In this document: positions 9,558 through 20,062 of the stretch, piece after piece
Numbering within the stretch: position 1 is the stretch's first letter
Layout: every line of letters starts with the position of its first letter
DNA from: Alphaproteobacteria bacterium
GTDB lineage: Bacteria; Pseudomonadota; Alphaproteobacteria; CAAHEQ01; UBA3637
Assembly (NCBI GenBank): GCA_045635565.1
Contig: JAZTVX010000077.1
Coordinates: 1-60,980 of the forward strand
Direction: 5' to 3'
Length of the DNA stretch: 60,980 bases
The notes under the pieces: model-generated
Told to the model about the DNA's origin: nothing
The model's input: the letters and a program-made list of their open reading frames with translations, nothing else
Database searches by the model: none
Translations under genes and position numbers: made by a program

Positions 9558-11147
9558 TTAATTATTTCCCCGAAAGTGTGCATGACCAGAACGTACACAC
9601 CGATAGGTGTATGACGCGGCTTTTTGAACACGACGTCCTTTCTGAACAAACGGCGTATAGAACGGTTCATGTTTTGTCGTTTTCAATGGTTGTGCATCTG
9701 ATATAACGTGTGTTGCATGTATCGTTTTGGGGGTTGGATTTTCAATGATTTGAACAGCAACATCTTGAACAATCATTTGCGTTTCCGTCGTTACCTCAAC
9801 AGGGGCTTCGGCTTTTTGTTTAAAATGTGCTTTACGCTTGGCTTTCAACCGTTCTTTTTGTATCTTACGTGCTTTATCTTGCTGACGACGTTGCTGTTTG
9901 GCTTCTTCATTTTGTTGACGTTCCAATGGTGATATCATGGATTGTGCTTGTATATCATCTAATCGTTGCTCGGCTTGTTTTTTCTTTTTGGCTGCTTCAC
10001 GACGCTTTGCCCGTTTCATAGCTTGACGATCTTTCTGCATCTGTTCTAATTCAGCCTGTTGTTTTTCAACAGCACGTTGTTTAGCACGTTCCCCATTGGA
10101 TAAGGCAGCCTTTTCCAAACGCTGTGCCGATGTCTGACACAAAGAAATCAATGCATGTGGGATACCGTCTTGTGTTGTGACGGATTTGAGTGTATCAATA
10201 ACATTACGAATATGAATTAAAAATTTTTTTTGTAACTGGTGATGCATTTGTTTGATACCACCCAAATGTTGCGTAATTATTTCAACATTTTCCCGAAGTA
10301 ATCGAACAATATTAGCATCTTCCGGATGCATTAACCCTAATCGAATAGCCGTTGCACAGGCTTTAACTTCTTCCAACACTTCAAACCGTTGTAAACGAGC
10401 CGATGGCTTTGCCGATTTTACCGGTTGAGTTGGGACATTGTCCTGTTCAACGGGTGTTTGTTCCTGTCGTATAACTTTGTGAGGTATAACGTCACCTGTT
10501 TCCGGCAATTCGGGACTATTATCATCCAGTCTTAAATTATGACCGTCTAAACTATCCATCATATATTTACCATACAATTGTAATTCACGATAGTGAATCG
10601 GATCGGCTTTTGAACGAGCATAATTTTTATAATAACCTTCCAATGCCGATAACCGTTCCTTGTCCAAATAATGAAACATCCATGGGTTATCATAAACCTG
10701 CGATACCATGCCCGATACAAAACGGGCAAACCGTCTTTCCGTTTGATAACGAAACAGCAAATCACGCCCCAATTGAGATTTAGGATAACGCAACACAAAA
10801 TTATCGGTTTCATGGTCCGCAAAACTAAATACACAGGAACCAATTTTGTGTTTTTGCAAAAAACGGTAAAGCATGTCTTCCGTCAACATGGGATACTTAT
10901 CCTGCAACGCCGGATTCTTGGAAAAATAAAGAACAACAGGACGCCAGTTGGGATAAGAAGCAATAAAACGTTCAACATCTTCATGCCGTTCATATTCTTC
11001 AATGACAGCAACCGGCCAATTCATCGGTTCTTCACCTCGAGGGTCCGGCGTTAACATCGCCCGAAGCAAATGACGGTCTTCCATTCTATCAGACAAACCA
11101 AACAACAATTTGCGACGATGATACATTCTCAATTCATAATCTGTCAT
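9558..11147 (-). CDS. hypothetical protein with Lys/Arg/Gln/Glu-rich C-terminal third
   Basis: Long ORF. Start set at the ATG at 11147 (MTDYEL...), preceded by GGAGG. No family recognised. Confidence 0.6.
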   Translation of the reverse strand: MTDYELRMYHRRKLLFGLSDRMEDRHLLRAMLTPDPRGEEPMNWPVAVIEEYERHEDVERFIASYPNWRPVVLYFSKNPALQDKYPMLTEDMLYRFLQKHKIGSCVFSFADHETDNFVLRYPKSQLGRDLLFRYQTERRFARFVSGMVSQVYDNPWMFHYLDKERLSALEGYYKNYARSKADPIHYRELQLYGKYMMDSLDGHNLRLDDNSPELPETGDVIPHKVIRQEQTPVEQDNVPTQPVKSAKPSARLQRFEVLEEVKACATAIRLGLMHPEDANIVRLLRENVEIITQHLGGIKQMHHQLQKKFLIHIRNVIDTLKSVTTQDGIPHALISLCQTSAQRLEKAALSNGERAKQRAVEKQQAELEQMQKDRQAMKRAKRREAAKKKKQAEQRLDDIQAQSMISPLERQQNEEAKQQRRQQDKARKIQKERLKAKRKAHFKQKAEAPVEVTTETQMIVQDVAVQIIENPTPKTIHATHVISDAQPLKTTKHEPFYTPFVQKGRRVQKAASYTYRCVRSGHAHFRGNN

Positions 11148-11381
11148 AAAAAGCCTCCCACAAAATAACGACATATTCCGTTATATCCGATATTATTTTT
11201 TTTGTCAAGAAAATTGTTAATAACTCATTAAAAAACAGCAGAGGTACGTTTTCCATATAAAACATCACTTGATAATTATTTATTTTTCAAAAAAAATTGT
11301 GGTTTTTATTTTTTTTTCTTGCACTTTTATGCAAGAGATTGTAAAAAAAAGGCGTATTAAGTTTAAAAATTAGGAAATAAC

Positions 11382-11759
11382 ATGAAAAAAATTATTCTTG
11401 CACTGGTCATGGGACTGTTGATTATTTTAGGAACAAGTGCCTGTTCTAAAAAAGAAAACCCTGATGCCGACATTGTTGTTTTTTCCCAAAAAGCATGTCC
11501 GCACTGTATTCACGCAAAAGAATTTATGAATACAGAATTAAAGAAAATGATTCCGACTGTTTCCATACAGGATTATGATATTCGTGCCAGTAAAAAAAAT
11601 TATGAATTATTCATGCACGCCGTTCGTCGCTATAAAATTGATCCGAATCGTGCCGGTACACCGTTATTCATTGTCAATGATAATGTTTTAATGGGATGGA
11701 ATGATGAAATTCAAACGAAACTGGTTGAATTTGTCAAACAAAAGAAATCAGCACAATAA
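11382..11759 (+). CDS. thioredoxin-fold (glutaredoxin-like) lipoprotein
   Basis: Signal peptide with a lipobox-like LGTSAC, and a CPHC active-site motif early in the mature part. Confidence 0.65.
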   Translation: MKKIILALVMGLLIILGTSACSKKENPDADIVVFSQKACPHCIHAKEFMNTELKKMIPTVSIQDYDIRASKKNYELFMHAVRRYKIDPNRAGTPLFIVNDNVLMGWNDEIQTKLVEFVKQKKSAQ

Positions 11760-11799
11760 AATTAAACACATTTTAACATCAACATAAAGGAGAGTAAAA

Positions 11800-12726
11800 A
11801 TGAAAAAAACAAAAACAATTCCGGAAACACCGTTTGCTGTTGAAACAACAACAAACCATTCAACACATGATTGTTGCTGTGGGTCCGACTGTCACTGCCA
11901 TTCGGAAAAACCGGCCGGCTGTGGATTAAAAACGGTTTTAATGGCTGCTTCCATGTGGGGTAGTGCCTTGGTTATTGCCGGTGCTATTTTAGTTTCCGGT
12001 GGCCCGAGCGTTTCTCCGATTCGCCCGACTGCAACACCAAAAGTTGCTCCGGTTGCCACAGCAAGCGTTTCAGATGAAACGATGAAAAAATTCGTTGAAA
12101 AAAATCCGAAATTGATTTTTGAAACAGTTCAGAAATATTTAAACGACATGGAAAGAGAAGCCCGTGCCGCCGAAGAAGCCAATCCGAAAATGGCACCACA
12201 AGAAATCATTGATGAAATTTTGGCTGACAAATCTAACTACTCTTTGGGCAACCCGAACGGTAAATATGTCATCATTGAATTTTTCGATCACAAATGTGGT
12301 TGGTGCAAACGCACAAATGATGCTATGAGAACCGCTCTTGCCAAACCGGAAAACAAAAACATTCGTTGGGTTCCGATTGATACACCGATTTTTGGTGAAC
12401 AATCCGAAACAATTGCCCGTTTTGTTTTAGCCGCCGGCAAACAAGGTAAATATGCCGAAATGCATGAAGCCGTCGGAACAGCTAAATCTTTCACAGATGC
12501 AGACTTCATCGAAATGGGTCGTAAAATCGGTTTAGATACAGATAAATTGGTTGCCGATGCCAACAGTGAAGAATTAAAAGCAAAATTAGTTAAAAACCAA
12601 GAATATGCCGGTAAATTGAATATCAACGGCGTTCCGATGTTAATCGTCAACGGCCGAATTAATCCGGGTGCCTTGTTGGGTGAAAAACTTGAAAAAGCCC
12701 TCCAAGAAGCACGGGAAATGAAATAA
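11800..12726 (+). CDS. DsbA-family thiol:disulfide oxidoreductase with Cys/His-rich N-terminal extension
   Basis: FFDHKCGWCKR is the CxxC of the DsbA fold, and GVPMLIVNG is the cis-Pro loop region. The N-terminus carries HDCCCGSDCHCH...GCG followed by one TM. RBS AAGGAG. Confidence 0.8.
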   Translation: MKKTKTIPETPFAVETTTNHSTHDCCCGSDCHCHSEKPAGCGLKTVLMAASMWGSALVIAGAILVSGGPSVSPIRPTATPKVAPVATASVSDETMKKFVEKNPKLIFETVQKYLNDMEREARAAEEANPKMAPQEIIDEILADKSNYSLGNPNGKYVIIEFFDHKCGWCKRTNDAMRTALAKPENKNIRWVPIDTPIFGEQSETIARFVLAAGKQGKYAEMHEAVGTAKSFTDADFIEMGRKIGLDTDKLVADANSEELKAKLVKNQEYAGKLNINGVPMLIVNGRINPGALLGEKLEKALQEAREMK

Positions 12727-12743
12727 GGTTATTTCATGATATG

Positions 12744-12774
12744 AAACGGGCTTGTCAAACAAGCCCGTTTTTTA
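12744..12774 (+). terminator. rho-independent terminator
   Basis: AACGGGCTTG-tcaaa-CAAGCCCGTT followed by TTTT. Confidence 0.75.
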
Positions 12775-13227
12775 TATGTCAAAAAAATATTATCTATACA
12801 TTTTATTCAAAACTCAAAATAAGAACACTTAACAAATCTGACACACACCACCGATAGAGTCACAAATATTATTCCGAAAAAAACAAGAAATATAATCCTT
12901 ATCACATATTTTGGCACCATCAAAAATGACATGGCTAACGCAAAAAAATAAATAATATCATTTAAAAACATCTGTGATGAGTCAAATAATCATGAGATAT
13001 TACAAAAATTGTTTTGAAGAAACAACCCCTACCGTTTTCTCGCTCTTTTATCCCAATCCATAATACAAATCAACAAAAGACACTTGTTTGATTTTGAACA
13101 AATAAAAAACAATACCTATTGTAGTGATTTTTACTGCAACTTCATCAAAATCTATCTCATATGTATTCACCAACGCCAAATTGCATTGTTGATAAAACAA
13201 GTTGCCGGCTAAATTAAAAAACGTCTT

Positions 13228-15264
13228 TTAAACGGCATCAATAGATATTTGTTGTGCTTCCAGTTTTTTAATGGTATCCCGAATACGGGCGGCTTCTTCA
13301 AATTTCATTTCACTGGCCGCCTGACGCATTTTCTTGTATAAATCATTTAATAATTGTGGTATATCGTCCATTAAATCATCTGTCACTTTTGTTTTTTTGT
13401 TCACAACATCATCCTTACCGACCAAATCATTAAAGTCTTTAATCAAATCAGGAATTTGTTTTTGAATACCTTTCGGCACAATCCCGTTTTGAATGTTAAA
13501 TGCCATTTGCTTCGTCCGTCGTCGGCTCGTTTCATCTAATGCCGACTGCAAAGATTTCGTCATCTTGTCAGCATATAAGACGACCCGTCCATTCACATGA
13601 CGGGCCGCCCGTCCGATTGTCTGAATCAAAGAGGTTGTTGACCGTAAAAAACCATCCTTGTCCGCATCTAAAATAGCAACCAATGCCACTTCGGGAATAT
13701 CCAATCCTTCACGTAACAAGTTAATACCAACCAAAACATCAAAAACACCTAAACGTAAATCACGCAAAATCTGTATGCGTTCTAAAGTATCAATATCCGA
13801 ATGCAAATAACGGGTTTTAACACCTCTTTCAGTTAAATATTCAGTTAAATCTTCTGCCATACGTTTCGTTAATGTCGTAACTAAAACACGCCCCTTGCAT
13901 TCAATTGTTTTTAAACATTCAGCCAATAAATCTTCGACCTGATTCGTCACAGGCCGTACAAAACATTCAGGGTCAAGTAATCCCGTCGGACGAATAATCT
14001 GTTCTGTTACAACTCCTTGTGTTTGTTCCAATTCAAACACGCCGGGCGTTGCCGATACAAAAATAGTTTGAGGACGCATTTTATTCCATTCTTCAAACAT
14101 TAACGGCCTATTATCCATACAACTGGGCAATCGAAAACCATATTCCGACAATATTGATTTGCGAGCATAATCTCCCCGATACATTGCCATCAATTGTGGG
14201 ATAGTTACGTGGCTTTCATCAACAAATACCAAAGCATCATCCGGCAAATATTCAAACAAAGTGGGTGGGGCTTCACCAGACTTACGGCCGGTCAAGTGAC
14301 GAGAATAATTTTCAATACCCCGACAACTGCCCGTCGCTTCCAACATTTCCAAATCATACCGTGTCCTAGATTCTAATCGTTGTGCCTCCAATAATTTTTC
14401 TTCTTTTTGAAAAAAAGCAAGGCGTTCTTTTAATTCCTGACGTATCGTTTTAATTGCTTGTGATAATGCCGGTCGAGGTGTCACATAGTGACTGGCCGGA
14501 AAAACAGTAATCTCCGGCAAAGCCGTTTTTTTCTTACCCGTCAAGGGGTCAAACTCATAAATAGCTTCAATTTCATCACCGAAAAAACTAACCCGCCATG
14601 CTAAATCTTCATAGTGCGACGGAAAAATATCCAAGGTATCTCCGGTCACACGAAAAGTTCCCCGTTCAAAAGCAATATCATTCCGTTTGTATTGCAATTC
14701 GACCAACCGTCTTACCACATCACGAATATCAACTTCTTCTGACTTTTTCAATGAAAACGCCATAGATGAATACGATTCAACAGATCCCAACCCGTAAATA
14801 CAAGAAACAGACGATACAACAATCACATCTCGTCGTTCCAATAAATGACGAGTCGCTGCATGGCGCAATCGATCAATTTGTTCATTAACGGCAGAATCTT
14901 TTTCAATAAATGTATCCGTTTTCGGAATATATGCTTCCGGTTGAAAATAGTCATAGTACGAAACAAAATATTCAACGGCATTGTTTGGAAAAAAAGATTT
15001 CATTTCGGCATACAATTGAGCCGCCAATGTTTTATTGTGTGCCAAAATCAATGCCGGCCGTTGTAATTCATGAATAACGTGTGCCATGGTATAGGTTTTA
15101 CCCGAACCGGTAATACCTAACAAAACCTGATTTTGTTGTTGTTGACGGATACCGGCCACCAATTCACGAATAGCCTGTGGTTGGTCACCTGATGGTTGAA
15201 AAGGTGATTCTAACATAAAACCTGCCAAACCGGTTAAATTCGGCTTCTCGTACATAGGTATCAT
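13228..15264 (-). CDS. uvrB: excinuclease ABC subunit B
   Basis: GITGSGKT Walker A, DESH box, helicase motifs and a C-terminal UVR domain ([12 protein letters not shown]). Confidence 0.97.
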   Translation of the reverse strand: MIPMYEKPNLTGLAGFMLESPFQPSGDQPQAIRELVAGIRQQQQNQVLLGITGSGKTYTMAHVIHELQRPALILAHNKTLAAQLYAEMKSFFPNNAVEYFVSYYDYFQPEAYIPKTDTFIEKDSAVNEQIDRLRHAATRHLLERRDVIVVSSVSCIYGLGSVESYSSMAFSLKKSEEVDIRDVVRRLVELQYKRNDIAFERGTFRVTGDTLDIFPSHYEDLAWRVSFFGDEIEAIYEFDPLTGKKKTALPEITVFPASHYVTPRPALSQAIKTIRQELKERLAFFQKEEKLLEAQRLESRTRYDLEMLEATGSCRGIENYSRHLTGRKSGEAPPTLFEYLPDDALVFVDESHVTIPQLMAMYRGDYARKSILSEYGFRLPSCMDNRPLMFEEWNKMRPQTIFVSATPGVFELEQTQGVVTEQIIRPTGLLDPECFVRPVTNQVEDLLAECLKTIECKGRVLVTTLTKRMAEDLTEYLTERGVKTRYLHSDIDTLERIQILRDLRLGVFDVLVGINLLREGLDIPEVALVAILDADKDGFLRSTTSLIQTIGRAARHVNGRVVLYADKMTKSLQSALDETSRRRTKQMAFNIQNGIVPKGIQKQIPDLIKDFNDLVGKDDVVNKKTKVTDDLMDDIPQLLNDLYKKMRQAASEMKFEEAARIRDTIKKLEAQQISIDAV

Positions 15265-15292
15265 GGTTTAATATCCTTTTTCAAACGGTCAA

Positions 15293-16438
15293 TCAATCTT
15301 GTTTTGAGCAATTAACAGAAGGGACTTCTTCTTTCTTTTTACTCATTTCGGCTTGAAGTGGTTGCCCCCGTTTTGATGCAACATTTTTTACTTCACGCCA
15401 TAATTCTTTGACCCCCATTGTTGCATCTTTTTTCAAACTTTTCAAGGTAACTTTCGACTGCACCCGAGATAAAGACAAATACATTTGATATAAAACAAGT
15501 ATGGCAAATAATAAAGTCACTCCCAGATATCGAACAGAACCAAACATACCGAAAATGCCCATTATACCGGTTAATAACATGATATAAAAGACACGTTTTA
15601 AAACAAATTTCGGTGATATCTGTAATGATAGTGCCCGTTCCGTCAAAAACATTTCCCCAATCGGAAAAACAAAACGATGACGATAAATGTTTGCCGGTAT
15701 CGTTCGCAAGGCTTCAAAAATCGGATAAGCCATCATAATCAAAACGAACACTCCTTGTGGCATTAGCGACAGTTGTATCCACAAAAAACCACTGATAAAC
15801 GTCATGATAAAAACAAGTGGAAATCCCAAAGATAATACAACAAACTTCCGATAGACAAACCACACGACCAACAATAACATCAACATCATTACCCAAAACG
15901 AAAAACATGCTTCAGGCAACAAACCAAAAACCTTGCTGGACATCAACAAAAACAACAAACAGGCAACAATATTAACAACAAAACCTTTTATCGGTACACG
16001 GTCAAATTCCGTATAAAGCATCATGAAAAACGCCCAAGCAACGGCCAATACCACTCGAATGACCATTACTCCAATCGGATTGGATATACCGTACAATGTT
16101 TCAGGCAACGCAAATGTTCCTGCAAAACATATCAGTCCCAACAAACCAAACTGCAACCAAAACGGACGTTTATACAGTATCGGCATGGTGCATAATCCAA
16201 CACCTATCAAAACCAATAGAAACAAGTAAGACGGTGGTAATATCGGCAAACCAAAAGCACTAGACAACCCCTGTTCCAAAACCAAAGACAAGGCAAACAA
16301 AATGCTAACACCCCACGAAACACCCATGACGGAAACGTGTTCATATTTTTTCAATAATAACGGAACAAAGAAATAACGGGCACTGACAAAAAACAATACG
16401 GCAACAATTAACCAAATCCCTGTCTGTATCAATGTCAT
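15293..16438 (-). CDS. polytopic membrane protein, function unknown
   Basis: About 380 aa, almost entirely hydrophobic segments. Start set at the ATG at 16438 (AAGGGGG upstream); the track start at 16453 is TTG. Confidence 0.55.
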   Translation of the reverse strand: MTLIQTGIWLIVAVLFFVSARYFFVPLLLKKYEHVSVMGVSWGVSILFALSLVLEQGLSSAFGLPILPPSYLFLLVLIGVGLCTMPILYKRPFWLQFGLLGLICFAGTFALPETLYGISNPIGVMVIRVVLAVAWAFFMMLYTEFDRVPIKGFVVNIVACLLFLLMSSKVFGLLPEACFSFWVMMLMLLLVVWFVYRKFVVLSLGFPLVFIMTFISGFLWIQLSLMPQGVFVLIMMAYPIFEALRTIPANIYRHRFVFPIGEMFLTERALSLQISPKFVLKRVFYIMLLTGIMGIFGMFGSVRYLGVTLLFAILVLYQMYLSLSRVQSKVTLKSLKKDATMGVKELWREVKNVASKRGQPLQAEMSKKKEEVPSVNCSKQD

Positions 16439-16540
16439 TTTGCCCCCTTTCAACCGATGTCACCTGTTACAACACCATAATAAATCGTTTTATGTCGGCT
16501 TATCATAAAACGATTTTTATCATCCGTTCACCTAAAAAAA

Positions 16541-16762
16541 TTAAGCCTTGTGACGGAAAGCAATACGTCCTTTTGACAAATCATATGGTGTCATTTCAAT
16601 TTCGACCTTATCTCCGACCATGACGCGAATACGGAATTTACGCATTTTACCGGACGTATGTGCAATGATTTCATGACCATTTTCCAGTGTAACCCGAAAA
16701 GTAGCGTTTGGTAATGCTTCCGTTACCGTTCCCGTAAATTGCAAAACTTCTTCTTTTGCCAT
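16541..16762 (-). CDS. infA: translation initiation factor IF-1
   Basis: [79 protein letters not shown]. Confidence 0.95.
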   Translation of the reverse strand: MAKEEVLQFTGTVTEALPNATFRVTLENGHEIIAHTSGKMRKFRIRVMVGDKVEIEMTPYDLSKGRIAFRHKA

Positions 16763-17023
16763 AAAAAAACTCCTCATAAAAAAATAAACTGGGCGTATCT
16801 TATATCATTTTTGACAAAAAAACAAGCAAAAAATGATTTATTTCCCGAAACATCTCAAAAAAACGATTACAAGCAGCAAATTGCCAAAAACAAAACCAAG
16901 AACAGGCTTTATTGACAAAAAACAACGTATTTTTTCAATAAAACATCGCTTTTTTCCTTGTAAAAAAAATATTTTTTGCGTAAAATACGACAGAATATGC
17001 GTTTATTATTGAAAGGATAACAT

Positions 17024-18730
17024 ATGTTGTACCGTTCTGTTTTATTGGCTGGTCTTTGTTTTGTTTCGCTTACGGGAGCATGGGCACAGGAAAATGCAAA
17101 CATCACATTAAAAGAAGGGCAAACACTCAATCTGGATTTGGGTAGCATACTTGTTTGCAAAGCCAATCAATGTGTTGCAACAAATCACAACATGAGTCGG
17201 GAATATTTGCATCATCAGGTTGCCTCCTTATTATCGGCGAATACAGGCAAAGGCATCCGTCTGTGTGAGGCCGATGCATCGACACATCAATGTGTACAAA
17301 ACGGCATTTCACTTCCTATCGAGTCCAATACGATTCACACGATGGCAAATATTACCAAAGCCCGTTTAGTTGATGCTCGTTCGGTTACAGACGTACCGGC
17401 ATATGATTTTATTATCGACTACAAAATGAAAACAGGCGATATATTCCCATCTTGTCAAACGGCTTTGTCCCGTGTCGGTATGCGTCATGCCGGATCAGTT
17501 GAAATCATGTCTCCGAAATTCAATTGTCGTTTAACACAAACAGGGACAACAACATTCAGTTTAGCTTATCATGTTGATTATATCGATTTTGACAGAGGAG
17601 TTATCGGAGCCATGTATTCCATAGCGGCTGACAACCAGTTAAAAGGAAACGGTTCAGGCTATGTTTTATTAGATTTTGATAACGGTGTCAAAATGGACAT
17701 CGGGGAAACATTCCCGTATCCGGAACAAATGGCCGCATTGGAAAGTGGAGAAGTAGCAACATTTGACACGCCGGGTGATATTGAAGCCGTTTGGATGCGT
17801 CCGACACCATTCCTCAATTTATTCACGCCGACATTCTCCCCAAACAACTGTCATACATTTGTCGGAGGTTGTTCAGCTCAAATGTTAAATAATCCGGCTT
17901 CTGCCATTCCACCGGCACAAGCGAAATTGAATAAATTAACCCCTCCGAATGTGGCATCTACAACAGGATTGATTATTCAGGAAATGACGAGTGAACAGGT
18001 TTCTCCTGTCGAAAAACAAAAAGTGATGACAAAACGGCTTATTCAGGAAAACGGCAGAACCGTTTATTCGGAACAATCAACCCGTCATTATGTTCGTCAA
18101 ACACCAGATTCACCATTGGTAGAAGAAACAGACAAAGCCGACATTCAAACAAGTGGCACAGATTCCCGACCAATAGAGGAAGTTGTTCAAAATGCCGAAA
18201 AAGAATATGCTGCCATGAAACAATTTCAAGCACACAAACAAACCGGCATTCAAAAAAAACAGAAAACAACGCCTAATAAAAAAATCATCATGCAACAACC
18301 TACATCAACACAACCTCGTCGTTTAGGAGAACCGATTAAACAAACCAATGTTGAAGTTGTTGTTCCTCAAGGTGTTGTTTTATCCGATGCCGAACGAGCC
18401 TATATCGAGCAAATGGCATTACCTCATATGCCACAAACACGAACACAGGACAAGGAAGAGCCGTCAAACACACAACAGCAAACACTTCCTTCAGAACATC
18501 AACCCAATACGCAACAAACAATCAATCAAGAAACGATTCAACCGATAGCACAGATCGAAGAATCCCAATTACCGATTGTTGCCGTTAACGGGAAAGAAGT
18601 AATTCCCGTCACGAATGAAAAAGTTGAAACAGCCCCCCAACAACCATCTGTTTTTGATAACATTGAAACACCTAAAGAAGAAAAATCTCTTTGGAAAAGT
18701 TTTACAGATGGCATTGGCAGTTGGTTTTAA
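17024..18730 (+). CDS. secreted hypothetical protein with Gln/Thr/Pro-rich C-terminal half
   Basis: Signal peptide MLYRSVLLAGLCFVSLTGAWA|QEN. AAGGA RBS. No family recognised. Confidence 0.6.
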   Translation: MLYRSVLLAGLCFVSLTGAWAQENANITLKEGQTLNLDLGSILVCKANQCVATNHNMSREYLHHQVASLLSANTGKGIRLCEADASTHQCVQNGISLPIESNTIHTMANITKARLVDARSVTDVPAYDFIIDYKMKTGDIFPSCQTALSRVGMRHAGSVEIMSPKFNCRLTQTGTTTFSLAYHVDYIDFDRGVIGAMYSIAADNQLKGNGSGYVLLDFDNGVKMDIGETFPYPEQMAALESGEVATFDTPGDIEAVWMRPTPFLNLFTPTFSPNNCHTFVGGCSAQMLNNPASAIPPAQAKLNKLTPPNVASTTGLIIQEMTSEQVSPVEKQKVMTKRLIQENGRTVYSEQSTRHYVRQTPDSPLVEETDKADIQTSGTDSRPIEEVVQNAEKEYAAMKQFQAHKQTGIQKKQKTTPNKKIIMQQPTSTQPRRLGEPIKQTNVEVVVPQGVVLSDAERAYIEQMALPHMPQTRTQDKEEPSNTQQQTLPSEHQPNTQQTINQETIQPIAQIEESQLPIVAVNGKEVIPVTNEKVETAPQQPSVFDNIETPKEEKSLWKSFTDGIGSWF

Positions 18731-18745
18731 CGAACAAGGAATAAT

Positions 18746-20053
18746 ATGATACAAACAAAAATATTACCGAACGGCGTTCGGATTGTATTTGAACAAGTCA
18801 GCAATCTTCAAAAAGTGTCTTTTTGCTGTCGTATGATGGCAGGATCGCAAAATGAAACTCGGGAACAAAATGGTATTGCTCACTATTTAGAACACTGTCT
18901 CTTTTTAGGAACAACATCCCGAACAGAAGAAGAAATTCAATTGATTGAACGACACGCCGGCACTATTTTCAACGCTGAAACAGGACAGGAATATATCCAA
19001 CTCATAACAGATGTTTTACCGGAAGATTTCGCTCTGGCATTTGATGTTTATGCAGATATGATTCAAAATCCGACATTCCCACAGGAAAAACTGGAACGGG
19101 AAAAAGGCATTGTTTTAACGGAAATATCCGAATTTTTAGATGATACGGATAACTGTGCCAATAATTTAATGTTTAATGCGGCCTACAAACGCAATCCGTT
19201 AGGTTTGCCGATTGAAGGAACCATTAAAACCGTTAAAAACATTACACGAGATCATTTGATTGATTTTTATCAAAAATGGTTCCGTCCGGAAAATTTAATT
19301 ATTTCCGTTGCCGGCAATACGGATTTTGACACGGTTGTGCGTTATTGTGAACAGGCATATGGTCAATTTCAAAACAACACACCTGTTCCGACAAAAACAG
19401 CATCTCCATATTTAGGGGGTGACCGTCGAGAAGAAGAAGACACGGAAACAAACACCGTTCGCATGGCTTTTCAAGGCGTCCCCATTCATCATTTCAGAGA
19501 TTATATGTGTGCGTCACTGTATGCCGGTATTGTTTCGTTAATGGCTTTTGATGAACTACGCATGAAACAAGGATTACTCTATGGTATTCAAGCCGAAAAC
19601 TGTGCCTTTGAAGACAGTGCTATTTTTCATATCAATTTTTCGGCCGACGTAACAAAACAAGAAACAATTATTCAAGAAACATGTCGTTTGCTGAAACAAA
19701 CACAGATGGAGATTCCGTCTTTTTACATTGAAGCTGCCAAAAAACAAATGAAATTAGACATGCCATCCAATGATGGATCATTAGACGAAAAAATATCTTC
19801 CAATTTATTTGATATGACGTATTTTAACCATGTAACATCACAAGAAGATGTTTTAGCCGAATTGGATTCGATTACATCGGCAGAAATTCAACAGATAGCC
19901 GGTCGCATCCTAAATTCCCGTTTGGCTTTTGCCATTCGGGGAAATATCCGCAAAACACCGACTTATGAGCAAATCAATAAATGGCTTAACGGCGATGAAC
20001 CCAAAACAAAAGCAAATGTGATTCCATTGCCTCAACCTTCTCCAATACGATAG
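18746..20053 (+). CDS. M16 (pitrilysin) family peptidase
   Basis: Inverted zinc motif HYLEH with a downstream E; 435 aa. Confidence 0.85.
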   Translation: MIQTKILPNGVRIVFEQVSNLQKVSFCCRMMAGSQNETREQNGIAHYLEHCLFLGTTSRTEEEIQLIERHAGTIFNAETGQEYIQLITDVLPEDFALAFDVYADMIQNPTFPQEKLEREKGIVLTEISEFLDDTDNCANNLMFNAAYKRNPLGLPIEGTIKTVKNITRDHLIDFYQKWFRPENLIISVAGNTDFDTVVRYCEQAYGQFQNNTPVPTKTASPYLGGDRREEEDTETNTVRMAFQGVPIHHFRDYMCASLYAGIVSLMAFDELRMKQGLLYGIQAENCAFEDSAIFHINFSADVTKQETIIQETCRLLKQTQMEIPSFYIEAAKKQMKLDMPSNDGSLDEKISSNLFDMTYFNHVTSQEDVLAELDSITSAEIQQIAGRILNSRLAFAIRGNIRKTPTYEQINKWLNGDEPKTKANVIPLPQPSPIR

Positions 20054-20062
20054 GAAATAAAA

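Noticed and set aside
12775-13227. 450-bp AT-rich gene-free stretch between the dsbA-like gene and uvrB
   Set aside because: I looked for an RNA gene, repeats or a decayed ORF and found no convincing hairpins, repeats or open frame. It is probably a decayed spacer and cannot support any call.
16909-17166. 85-aa minus-strand ORF overlapping the start of the 17024 gene
   Set aside because: It overlaps the promoter/RBS and signal-peptide region of a better-supported gene and has no RBS.
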